NCBI RefSeq assembly: GCF_052425735.1
Contig: NC_135769.1
Location: 32,240,001-32,304,000 of the forward strand
Direction of reading: 5' to 3'
Length of the DNA stretch: 64,000 bases
Origin: Oculina patagonica
Taxonomy: Eukaryota
Under the pieces are notes generated by a model. That model had not been told where the DNA came from and did no database searches. It saw only the letters and a list, made by a program, of their open reading frames with translations. This document shows, piece after piece, positions 12,127 through 24,700 of the stretch. Within the stretch, counting starts at the first letter, position 1. Each line of letters opens with the position of its first letter. The position numbers and the translations under genes are program-made.

Positions 12127-12744
12127 TTAGTGTGGGTTGGGTTATTGTTATGGCAATGCCAAATTTTGTTTTTAAAATTCTAGAAATTATAATCTATTTT
12201 GACCAGCAGATGTTTCCGTCTGGCCTTTGAACTCGTCAGTTGAAAGGGAAACGAAAGATCAATGCCGAAGGTCATAGGTTCAATTTTTCGCAGCGATATC
12301 AAAACCTCTCTCGTGTGGTGTCATTTCCATACTTAACGGCTCGCTCAATTGCACTTTACCATTTAGACAGATAGATAAAACTTAATTTTGACACGAAATT
12401 TAACTCTTCTGTCAGTCTTTTACAATATGCAACTGGTGAGCAAAATAATGTTTCCTTTTTTTCAGTCCGTGGCGTGCCTGTAATCTACCATGTCTATTCC
12501 TCCTTTTTTGCGGGACTTAGTTTTTGCGATTTTCGCGATTGCAAAAAAATGCGGAAAAAGCGAGATAAAGTTCCCGCGAAAATTAATGACGCAAAATTTA
12601 AAATCCTGCTGTTGCAACCATTTACACGATTAACAATGTTCACGCTCTCTTTTTACCGAAACGTACAGTAAGAAAACACATCGCAAATGCTGAGCTGACA
12701 AGGTATGCAAACGTTGTCCGTTGTCGCCAGCGAACATACCAACC

Positions 12745-12897
12745 TGAAGGGAAACGAAAAACAGTTTGAGTTAGCGGGGTTTTTTGAGTTAACCAAGTAA
12801 AAATGACTGAAAAGTGGGTCCAAGGGAAATAGAAGTAAGTTTGAGTTAGCAGGGTTGTTCGAGTTATCCGAGTTTGAGTTACATGGGTTCTACTGTA
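12745..12897. mobile_element. Truncated copy of the MITE family at 37007-37389
   Basis: Shares TGAAGGGAAACGAAAAACAGTTTGAGTTAGC and the GAGTTA..CTACTGTA end with 37007-37389. Confidence 0.7.
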
Positions 12898-14637
12898 CCT
12901 CCAACTTAAATCACCAATATTGTCCACTATACAATACATTTTTGAAAAATACTGCATTATATGGCATTATACAGCAATGAAGATATAAAAGAACAAGCGA
13001 ATTGTAAAGAGTGCCCCTAGTTAGCACTCAAAGTACTGTGTCAAAAGCATTCTGCAATCGGAAATCATGTAGAATACAGAACTACTTAAGCTGGAAGAAT
13101 GATTCTGTCCTGTTTTATTCAGCAACATAAGTAGGGGTGTCGAATGGTAAATGCGAGACTTTGCGAGACAGCGAGACTGATATCTTTTCTGCGAGCCCGA
13201 GACCTTTTTAGCCTTGCAAAAGAAATCGAGACTGCGAGAAGGCGTAAAAGAAAAATTCGAGACGACGAGACTCCTGAAATTTGGCTAAAATTTTGCGAGA
13301 CACGCAGTTTTTGATCTTTCAATTTGTTATCATTTGTTGCTATAGCAATATTATAAAGAGTTATGCTAAATTCAAGGAAATGATCTATTTTTAGTACATG
13401 ATAAAGACTGAAGCCGGAGGGCAAATGACAATGCCATTCAGATCAAGAGTGATTTATTGCCGGTCAAATATTTTCTTGCACGTATTATATTAGACCGGGT
13501 AAAGTTTCTACAGCTCTCATTTAATCATTAAATCGTGTAATAAATCTCTTTTTATTCAAGCTTACCACCTTGTGTTCGCGCTCGGCGCTTTTTACCGCTA
13601 AATCGTCTGTACTGCAAACTGGAAAAGTATTGTTCAGTACCAGACCCTCACCATCGCAGACATTATACCAGTACGGTCCTTGCACTTGCGGGCAAACAAA
13701 CGAAAAACTAGTTATTCCTACGCCTATAGATGACGCTTTTGTTTTCCTTTTTGTTTGCTTTTTTGTCTTTTAACAGAGGATAATTTAATAGATGTAGGTT
13801 TACGCGTTTCGCTGTTGAGTTTCTGACATGTAAATTTGAACTACACATACATTGACTGAAACTGCAATAAGTTTAAAACTAGCGATGTTAAAATTGATAT
13901 ATCTACAGACTTAACTCGACTATGTTTGTTTTTCAGCCTTGATGGGAACCAAAACCACATGCATTGCTTGTTATTTCAGGATAAAACTAAGTCTGATTAA
14001 ATTATTTAAAATTAACCCTATTTGCAAATCAAACCATCTGTGCATTTTAATAAAAAAAAACTGAGCGAATTGAGTTCAGGAAAATCGTTTAGCACTTAGC
14101 AAAGCAATATCTTTAATGCATTTTAATCTTTAAAATTTCCTTTATTATATTATATAACTTAATTTTCGGTTTAAAGTATTCAACAGTAAGGCCGCGAAAC
14201 TGATAAAGTGATAAAGCTCCAACAAAGCTTTCGACTATATGAACAATGGGTCAACGTTGCACATAAATTTGCAATCGATTGCCTAACTATCGGCGGGTTG
14301 TTTACAATTCATAACACACGATGGTTCGAAGAAAGTTCAAATCCATATTCCAATGAAGTAAAATAAACAAAAATCGAATGTAGGAAAACAGACTTCTGTA
14401 TATACATGTTAACGATGCGAGAACATCAATAACTACTCTTTTAAAATAGATCGTACACAACAGATTTCGCGGAATTAAGCCGCAGAATCTGAAGGCTCCA
14501 TACTTAACCATTGTCAGTTAATGCTGTCCGCTCAGGCTAAATTTAACAACTTCTCAATAACAACCAGATTGTCAAAATTTTGTCCATTTTTATGAGAAAG
14601 ACCTCTGCTTCCCTCTCCGCGACTTGCTTGCCTATAG

Positions 14638-15600
14638 TCAAAGAATAGTACATTTCTGCTTCTCCGCAAAGGGATTTTCTCGTCTTTCGGGTGGGTGAAT
14701 AAGAGGATCTCTTGTGCCATTTTGTGTACAATACTCCTTCAACCTGAATGGAATAATCAAAGAAAATAATTTCAATCACTATATCGCCGCTACCGTACAA
14801 GCGGTGAATTTTAACCGACTTTATCTGGATTAACCCAGAGCGCGGTACGACATTTTGGGAGCGCGATTTAAACGCGCCGAATGAATTTAAGGCCCCCTGA
14901 AATTTTAAAGCACATCTAATAAATTTACGCTTCAGTTCATAAAGATTTTAACATCTTGTAGTTTTAGTTTATATGAGGAAAACTCGCAGTTTTAAGCGGA
15001 AACGCGATTCATGTGTAAACGGCTTTGTTTATGGTTTGAATACGGTTTGTGGGATTCTAGTTCAAACTTATATCGATTCGCGGTCCATGTTTGTCTTTAT
15101 ACCGTATAGGGAAATCAGGGAATTGCCCTTAAAATTAACTGATTTCTGTAACAACAGATCTACAGTTTCGATTAAATCTCCGAGCTACTGTGATTTTCGT
15201 TGAACCATTTTTTTTTCGATAGAAAAGATTACAGCCGCTTTCGCTTGGTTGCGTTGAAGCCATTTAAAAAACCGCCCATAAATCGCTTATTCCTATAAAA
15301 CACAACACTTAGCAAACAGTCCAAGTCGCTTAAAATTCAAATCTAGCTGCAGATATTCTAAGCGCGGAAAAACTGACGTTTTTCGGCGTAAATTCGCTCG
15401 GAAGAGACTCCTCGATTTGCAGTGAATTGTGTGTCTCCCACATTAATAATCGCTGCATGTTATAAACCTACAAGTTTACACGTTTAAATGACAAGATCGC
15501 CGCGGACTTACTCGTTACTGCATATAGAAACAGGCAGTCTTGAAATTCGCAACTGATCCCTCAAGCTTTCAACAGTTTTAAGCATCTGTGCTCTGTCCAT
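14638..15600 (-). CDS. Heterotrimeric G-protein gamma subunit, GNG13-like, 64 aa
   Basis: Exon 1 15512-15600 (ATG in AATATGG context, in-frame TGA upstream, donor GA|GTAAGT) plus exon 2 14638-14743 (acceptor TTCCATTCAG). Product: MDRAQMLKTVESLRDQLRISRLPVSICSNELKEYCTQNGTRDPLIHPPERRENPFAEKQKCTIL*. GGL motifs DPL and NPF, CaaX CTIL. CCAAT boxes at ~15697, 15741 and 15796. Confidence 0.93.
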
Positions 15601-18415
15601 ATTTCAACTGGAAAGCCGACTTTAGACCTTACTGAAGCTCTCCTTTCGTTTCAAGCTTCCGAATTACTTACACGGTCGCTCTCTGTTATCCCTTTATTGG
15701 CGAGAATGATCATGCAAAGGTTTTAGTTTGAAGTAAATTCATTGGACGGCGGGAACAAAGTCAACGAAAGTGAGCAATTAACATGAAAAATGGACCAATC
15801 ACAGACACGAACAAGCACAGCCGAATGGTAATATTAAACTACAGGTGGAAAGATCTTAAGCCGCTGCAGTTAACCCCAGTGAAAAAGCTTCAAAATATAT
15901 TGCCATTTTCTAACAATTGTTTCAAGCTAAAATCTATTCGATAGCAATTTTTTTTCTTCGCATTTTAAGCAGCAACCGTTTAACGAAAAACATTTCTCGA
16001 GTCTACTGTTTAAGGTTTATATTTAATCAGTCTGTTTGCCTCCTTTTTAGGAAGGTTTTGAGAATCTAGCTTCTCGAGCGTTTCCGGTTTATTTGGTTTT
16101 GGTGTCAAAAAGATAATACTCTTCCTAAAGATGTATAAATATATGTAAATCCATCATTTTTATTTCCTGATGTAACGACGGTATGTTTGTAACTTGTCGT
16201 ACATAGTCTTTAAAATTATTTTGTTCCCTTTTAACCATGTACCCGAAATAATTGATTCGGCTTTTTAAACGTAGCTAAATATCGCTATTTTTTAATTGAA
16301 TCAACGCTAAGGGCAAAGAGAAAAAAACAAGAATAAATCTGGTTACAACCCAAACATCAACGCATTTTAATAAATTTAAGAGGCAGTTTTTTCGGGCTTT
16401 TCAGTAAAGTGCTGTTAGTGTAATGAGACCGGCGCATTTCACCGTTTGAAATACACGGGAAAATACTCATAACTCGATCATTATTGCTAGCGAGTTTTCT
16501 AGCTGTATGTGATTTAGGTTTCTCAGTGTGTCCAGCGGTTTTAAAGATTACTTTTGTAAGCCATTAACGGTTCTCAAAACACTGCTGATGTAAAATGTGA
16601 CAAATATATGAACGGTAACTAGTAAAAAGAAAAGAAAAGAGAAAAAATCCTTCTTTGTTTTCAAGTTGTTTTTTGTCATCTGTACAACTGCTAAAAAGAT
16701 GGTTGATAATATAAAAAAACAGTTATAACGTTTCTCGCGTCACTGACGTCCGAGATAAATAATAAAAAATAACACTGGCGACAGCTCAATGTTTTCGATT
16801 GCCATTTAATTAGACTCGATTATTTTATGTCACAAGCGGAGTGAATAAACTGTTGACAAATCTGCGGGCTTCTGTAACAGAATACCGCGTTATGTCGATA
16901 AAAGTTTTCAAGCTTCGCGATCATTTTTACCAGGAAAACTATCCCGTAAAGCAAGAGGAGATTATCTCCTTGAGAAAATAAACTTCACTTGTACATGTTG
17001 ACGGTAGTTCTGGTTTTGTAGCAGGTGTATTTCTGGTCAAAGTCGTAACATGTAAATTGTAATTTAGGTAAAACTATCACCGTCATAAGACCACGGAAAT
17101 TGCAAGTACAACTACCAATAAATAAGTAAAAACTGCAATTATCCAACATAAATCAAACTTAATTTTGTTGATTTGATCAATACAACTTTTCATTCACAAC
17201 AAAATCAGTGTTATTTAGGGTAAAAACGAGACTGTAACATATGAATAATAAATTCTATTTTTGCTCGGGTTGTCAATCATTTGATCAAAACCACTCGAAA
17301 TCACTGCAGGTTAGTTTCAAAAGGTTCATTTTCAATTCTTGCTTCACGTTTTTATTATTATTGTTTTTTTTTTTTAATTTCGTCCCAGCTAAGACAGCTA
17401 ACCTTCAATCAGGCAATATAAAAAGATTTACTCTATCTTTACTTGGATGCGCGAAAACGCCAGAGGACGGGACGGGAAAAATTTGGCCTTAATCCAGGAA
17501 TACTTTTTCCTCGCATTGTTTAGCAGTGTTCCGTTTCAGAAATATTATTTCTTCTCGATCAGTATTTGTAATAAACAGTTTATCTTTTTACATTAAATTA
17601 TTCACCCAAGTAACTTTTGCCCTTGCCGTTCCACGAACAAACTAGACTCACAGGGTCACAGCGCGGAAGATTTTATAACTAAAAAAAAAATGATGATGCC
17701 TTCTCTATGCGATTAATTCATTGGAAAAAGTAAACAAATGAATTAATCCTTAGAGACAGTATTTCAGCTATTTTACGACATATTTTCTGGTATATTTACC
17801 AAGAATGTTTTTACGACCTTATTCAAGTTCCAGAAAAGGATAAAAGATTACAGTGTAAACACCAAATCACAGCAAAATACGTAACTAGCGAAGCGCGGGA
17901 AATGCTCGTAGCTAAATAAGTCGATTTCCGGTTTAATTTACATTAGCTAGGTCCTCTAGATCTATTGCCCTCTTGTTCTACTTACTTCTGTTGATGATAA
18001 CGGGATTTCATAATATACGTCTTACGCATGTGCTGAGAAGTTAGCGTGTTCCAGGCTCTCGGTAGTTGAAGGCGATCGAAGGTAAACGAGGCGGACTAGC
18101 CCTAGTTTTTCCCTCACTTGACCGCTTTGTTCGCTCATGCGATCACCCCCCAACTACCGCGAGCCAGGATGGAACAGGCTAACCTTTGTAGGATCCACTT
18201 CAGAGCTCTTCGGAAATTAGCGGTAGTAGTCGTTTGATTGTTGGGATGTACTCTGCGTTCGTGATATCACGGAAGAGATCGGACTGCACACGAACGTTTT
18301 TCAGAAATCTTCGATAGTAGTTGACAAGCTTTACACAATAAGACGTTGCGTGGTTGAAAACGTGCATACTGAAAGTCAAAACCTTTCATTTTATCTGCGC
18401 GCGTATGAAAGACGA

Positions 18416-19180
18416 GAAGCAAAATTTGTTTCTACCACACGGCAGAGACATTCCGTTTTTCCCTTGTGGCATGGAACGAGGAAACACTTATGGAAACACG
18501 TCTTTCAATTATGCATGAAAGACTTTTATTGATCAAGAAGTGTGTTTTGTAGCCTGCATAGAAGGTACCTGTGTAATTCATGAGCGCGCATTTGGGAAAC
18601 GTGTCTCTCGCCTTTTGCGTTTTCCAAAACGCGCCCAAAACTTAACAGGAAAACGCAAAAGGCAAAGACGCGTTTCCCAAATGCTCTCCCTGTCGAAAGA
18701 AACTCTGAATTTAATTTACACTTTCACACCAGTACGCAAGGCCATTATCTTGTCGAACACATGATAGTTTGAAGCCGAAAGGCCTCCTGGAAATAAAAAA
18801 AAACTCGGGTGATACTTGATAAGTAGTCCCTCCCCCCCCCCCCCCCCCCCCCCCCCCAGCGGATAGCCATAGTTCCAACAAATCGCCTACTAGTAACGTT
18901 TCTGTCTGGATCAAATTAAAGTCATAAATTTAAAATTTATTTTTAATCTCTTTGAAAAATGTTTCTTATTCATGAATCTTGTTGGGAAACGTGGAAATGT
19001 GTCTCAAAAGGATCATAGTATCTTTGCTATGAACCCCATTGTGTCTAATTTTCGCTATACAGGAAGCATTGTTTCCAGCGTCAATTTTGTCTGCAAGAAG
19101 CAAAATTTATTTCTACCACACGGCAGAGACATTCCGTTTTTCCCTTGCGGCATGGAACGAGGAAACACTTATGGAAACAT
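18416..19180. repeat. Two near-identical ~80-bp copies of a dispersed repeat, with intervening MITE remnants and a polyC tract
   Basis: AAGCAAAATTT(G/A)TTTCTACCACACGGCAGAGACATTCCGTTTTTCCCTTG(T/C)GGCATGGAACGAGGAAACACTTATGGAAACA at ~18416 and ~19097. Confidence 0.8.
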
Positions 19181-21553
19181 GTTTACAAAAAATTGTTTCC
19201 TGTTGTTACTCCTTGTTCCCAACCTTTCTTTAGTGTTTCCCGCCTCTGTGCTATTTCTACTACACATGATATTAAAGTAACGTTCCGCAGCTTTTCTCAT
19301 TTTCTCTCAGTTTCCGCCCTTTCTTCTCCCGCTTCCCGCCTTCTACGAGTCTTCTATTCTCCCGGGCTCCTGGCCCCCTGTCCCCCTCCACTCCTCACTT
19401 CCTTCAAGTCTGATATTTGATTTATTTTTTTGCTTATCCTTCTTTAGAGTAGGGACAGTAAGAGTAGTTAAGTAAGAGTAAGAGTAATGATATGTTTTGA
19501 GTCACTTTTTTGGCCATAAAATTTAAAACTGGTCGGAAACATTGCACAAAACAGCACGGTGTTTGTCAACTTCATAAGATCATGATCTAGAGCAATTTGA
19601 CTGGCACTGGCAGTTTTAATTTTTTTGTGTAGACCTATATGAAGTATCAGTCTACTAAATGTCGCGTGAGCCGAGTCAAAGTAGTCGGGAAATGTTTTTG
19701 ACAAATGTAGGAAGAAATTTAAAGGAAACAACGCGTTCTCCACCTGCAGAGTATACAGACTGCGAAATTGTATTTTAGCAATCAGCTGATGATTATTTGG
19801 AATTATTATAAAGTTATCTGATATCGTATCCCATAAAAAAACAAATGTTTCCTTCCGCGTGGTTGACATGACTGACATATGCTTCTCGGAATAATAAATG
19901 AGTGTTTTCTGAAGCACTGCGATTCCTGTTATGGGAAACAGTTGTTTCCGCAAAAACGTTTCCTCTTGGCCGGGCTCGAGAAACACCTTTTGTTTTTAGC
20001 CATGTTTGTATTCTCAGTTTTCTAAATGACAGAACACTCTATGTTTTCAGTGAAAATGTAGCGAGTCTGCGATAGGGGAGCCGGGCCAACCCCTTTTCAT
20101 TTAAAGAATGTGAGCAGAACCGAATACATACCCACCCCACCCCCTGTTCTAGGTAAGAAAAGGCCCTTCTACACTCTATTCCTACCTCCCCCTCCCCCAC
20201 CCCTTTATTTTGAGCACATCTGACCCGGGGCGGTCTTGATCAGGGTATGCCCTTGCATAGTTGATACTGTGTTTAATTGAATAATTTAAAAGCTCTCAAG
20301 ACCAATTAGAAGTTTACAACTGTCGTGACTTTGCAGCTTCACGTAATTCAAATTTCTCAAAGTGTCAAAAACTCGAACCGAGCTTACGAACCAATCCTAT
20401 TAAATGGGTTATATAAATGTCGAAGGACTGAGTTTTCATTGTCTTCCCACAGTTGAAAGAAAAATTCTCGTATCTTCAATTTCTACTCAGAACTGATCCT
20501 TTCCCGGCTTGCAGGTCTTGGGAGTAGATGATCGTGTATACACCTTTAAAAATGTTTTAAAATTTAGTCCATTACCGTATAGAAGTATACTCTTGCCGCC
20601 CCCCTTGCGTTATGAATTTGAGTCTGAAATTCACCCGAAAAGTAGTCAAATACATGAAGTAAGAGAAGATGGCAGTACTGTAGGGTTTTTCTGAAAAGCA
20701 GAATTAAAATTGGTAGAATATTAACAATTTTCCAACAAATTTGTCCAAAAAGTCTAACAACGGGGAAACGCGATATTATAAAATAAGCTCCGGCCCGGTA
20801 TGTTATATGACATGTTACACGGAAATACACTGAGCTATTGATTCGCTTCACAAAAGTTTGACCGGCATTTCAGTCGGTTTATTATGCCGAGTGGTCGCTT
20901 ACCAAGGCTCAAAGCTGATTCAAAACATTTTTTTTATATATAGTTTGTAGAAGACTCAGTGAAAACGTGTTCTCTCACAAAGATGACCAAAGTTCCTTAG
21001 CTAATACGTGGTACTGCCGCCTGCCTGTTGTTTGATAACATTTTAACGAAATTTACTAATGATCAAACTGAACTTAGCAGCATTTAACAGCTGTGTTTAT
21101 CGTTTCTCCAAACAAAGAGCTAGTTAAGTGGAGTTTTATGAAAGAGTTTGTCATGGAGTCATGACTTTGTTTCATGTTTTATGTTTCACTTTGAGTGATG
21201 TGCACTTAAAACCTGTTTCCTCTGTGTGAATATACCCTCTGAACGGCAAATGCTGTGTTGTTGGTTGCTTTTCTAAAAATATAACCAAAGCGTTAATGAT
21301 ATATATTTAAATAAATATGTGGTCCAAAAGGATATCTTTAATATCACATCCTTCATTCTTGGAAGACTTAAAAATAATAAAATATATAATGATTTTTTAT
21401 AATGACTATACCCAGAAGGCTTGTCCATTGCTAAGGTTACCATTTCGTTTTAAGGAATTCTTTTGTTTCTTTTTATTTCGGTCTTGACTGCCTTTTTTCG
21501 CATGTTCTAAGTGAATTCAGCTGGTAGAAAATAAATTAGTGATATGTTTTCGC

Positions 21554-21678
21554 GGACGTGTCACTAAGCAATTCGGTCAGACTTCCGTGACTGCAGTTCG
21601 CGGGCTCTGTTATGTCAGCCAATCACAGCAAGACACGACGGGTACGTAAAACAATTTCCGGTTTGTGGTTCCACGTCT
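21554..21678 (+). promoter_or_regulatory. PDI proximal promoter with ERSE-like and UPRE-like elements
   Basis: CCAAT-N9-ACACG at 21619-21637 (ERSE consensus CCAAT-N9-CCACG, 1 mismatch); GACGTGTCA at ~21555; CCACGTC at 21671. Confidence 0.6.
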
Positions 21679-21750
21679 TGGTCCTCTTTCGTCGTCGTCT
21701 TCTAAGTTGAACAGTCGAACATTTCGGTGTGCACGATAAAGAATTTCACG

Positions 21751-24700
21751 ATGAAGATTTATCTCACGTTGTTACTTAGTTTAGTAGCCCTCGCGTTTGG
21801 AGAAGACATCAAAGAAGAGGAAGATGTCTTAGTCTTAACCGAGGCTGTTTTTGAACAAGCTATCAGCGACAATGAGCATATTCTGGTCGAGTTTTGTAAG
21901 TAACTGTACACGTTGTGACCCTTTTATAAAGTCACTTTATACAATAGCAAGACACGTTTTTGGTTATAATTTGTGAATGTATCTCTCCGTTTTAGATGCC
22001 CCATGGTGTGGACATTGCAAAGCTCTGGCCCCAGAATATGCGAAAGCTGCTGGAAAGCTCAAAGAACAGGGTTCTGCCATCAAGCTTGCAAAAGTAGACG
22101 CCACTGCCGAAACCAAACTTGGTGAAAAATACGAAGTTCACGGTTATCCAACGATCAAGTTCTTCAGATCAGGAAAGCCGGTAGAATACGGAGGTTAGTT
22201 TAAAAATCGAGTGGCTCTTTTTAGATCTAATGAAAACTCGTGTGCTTCGTCACGAATCACCTTTACTACACGTGCAACTTGCTGTTGTACAAAGTTGTGA
22301 AATATTCATTGTTGAGATGCGAGATATTCATTGTTGAGACTTCGTTGTTTTCTATAAACTGGACATTTTGTTTGGGAAAATTGGCAGCAATTAAAACTAT
22401 AATCTTTCATTAGTCTTATAAATCGTGTTTTTCTTTGATAAAGTTTTTTCCGGTAACTCTATACAAGGTTAAATTTTTGGGAAAGCAAACGTGGTCCTTT
22501 GTCTTGGAAGAAATATAGAATCTTTATATTGGCAATACAAAAGATGCTTGTTTTAGCTGAGCAAATCAGATGTTTATTTTAAATAGTGTGAACACGATCC
22601 TACTTGTAAAGTGTCTTTGTTCAGTTTCCTAAATTCAACTTATGCGAAATTAACTTGGAAAAATAATATCCTTTTTGTGATAGCAGCTGTTGATATGACC
22701 AAACTTTTTAACTGGCTTCAGTTTGTTGAACAAATCAACCGTGCAATGTGGGTTGATATGTATCTTCTCAATAATCAGAAAAGCTTTTTTTATCTGTCTA
22801 CACCGGTTCACTAGCTTTGCGTTGCACAATGTTTAAACAGGAAACTCTTGATAATGAAAGAACACATTTTAGTCAGAAACATTTTAGACATAAACAAATT
22901 TTGATATGATGGCAAAAAAACCGTTAAACGATGAATCATCATTGCTAAAAACAAAAAACAAGTCCATCGTCACTTGCTGATGATTCATCATATCTTTGTT
23001 CCTCAATCTTAAAATTTAATAAATGCAAATTATATTCTGCCATTGATCTTTTTTTCTTGGCGACCAATCACAAGAATACAACTCCATCCTTATACATTTT
23101 GGAAATTTTCAAGTTCTGCTTGTAATAATTATTATAATACTAATAATAATGCTTTGCCCACATCATTTTATAATTTATTTGTTTGTTGTTGTTGTTTTTT
23201 TTTTGCTTAAATATTAAGGCTGTAAATTCTGTTTAGTGAATGCTTGCTTAACCTGTATTTTGCCAACAGGTGGCCGTACAGCTGATGAGATTATCACTTG
23301 GTTGGAGAAGAAGACAGGCCCTCCAGCTAAAGATCTGAAAACCGCTGATGAAATCAAGGAATTCACTGAAAAGAAAGATGTCGTCGTTGTTGGCTTCTAC
23401 AAAGATAAAGAATCTGATGCTGCAAAAGCTTTCATCGAGGCCGCTCAGGGTGTTGATGATATCGAGTTTGGACTCGTAAATGATGAGGCTCTTGCTAAAG
23501 AACACAAAGTAGAAGGAGATAACCTTGTCCTTTTCAAAAAGGTATGTTTGTGATTTGTGCTATTCTAAGAAATCCTCACACTTCTTCTCTTGCTCCCCAC
23601 CACAAACTCTTTAACATGCTGAGGGTGTAAATTACACCATATTTATCCTTCAGCCTCCATGATGAGAGATTTATACCTGTCTATCTTTTGATCATAAATA
23701 GTCATGTTTTGAGAAGGAGAATAAAAAAACTTGATCATGTTATGGGAAAAAACTTGATTTAAAACCATTTCTCCCAACATGGGTTACAGGAAATGTATGA
23801 AAAGCACAGCAGATGGGAGTATTTAGATACATGAGATTTGGACCATAAGATTTTAAGACATATTAGATGAGTTAGGGTTTTATCCCATGTACATGTAAGT
23901 CTTAAGTGTGAATTACCAAACCTTTGAAATAATTTAAAGTTTCTCTGTGACCTCTTTTCTTTGTTTTTCACACTTTTTTCCTGTGAAGTGCAAAGTACTT
24001 GGAAACACAGTCTTGTCAAGATAATTATTGTTGCATTGCATTTAGAAGGCTTTGTTTTTATTCAACAAAGAGCTGATAGAGCAGTATCTAGGTAGTTTAA
24101 AGCCCACATTTCTTGTTAGAACTGTTAAATAAATAAAATAATGTAGGTCAGTTCACATAGTTTCCAAACTCTGTAAGCTACAATAAATATTATTAAGAAT
24201 CTTTGTTAAGTTTGCATTGTTGATGTCCTGATTTTAGTTTGATGAAGGACGTAATGACTACGATGGAGAACACAACTCTGAAGAAATTGTCAAGTTTATC
24301 AAAGCCAACCAACTTCCTCTCGTGACGGAATTCAATGATGAGGTATGAAATCAATATTGATGATAGCCAGTCCTTAATATATGATCCAAGGTATTCTAAC
24401 ACACGCACAAGTCTACATGAAACTTGATGTTATTCCCGCCCTCTTCAGCTCCTGTCGTAACTGCTTTTAGATTTCCCTTGGCAGTTTTTAGGTAGACAAC
24501 TTGGTTGTTCTTACAATAGGGATTGTTCCAAGTCTTTATAATATCTTAATTGTCTGTTTATCAGAATCACAAGAGGTGCATTGGCCTTACTGTTAATGTA
24601 GCACTTTCAAGGGCCAGTGGTTATAAAATTACTGTCCTCAAGAAGCACACTTTAATCTTGCTACCTAGGTCTATAAAATATGTAGCACTTTACAAATTGT

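Noticed and set aside
12205-12245. Minus-strand CTGACGA...GAAA hammerhead-like motif
   Set aside because: Stems I-III do not pair convincingly.
14532-14800. 62-aa and 85-aa minus-strand ORFs
   Set aside because: Wrong frames over G-gamma exon 2 and its UTR.
18200-18367. LVNYYRRFL resembling a Gypsy RT motif; in-frame TGA in another frame as possible selenocysteine
   Set aside because: Flanking residues do not match RT/RNase H, and there is no SECIS or selenoprotein context.
19468-19986. 172-aa ORF
   Set aside because: Non-ATG start inside a repeat and no recognisable domain.
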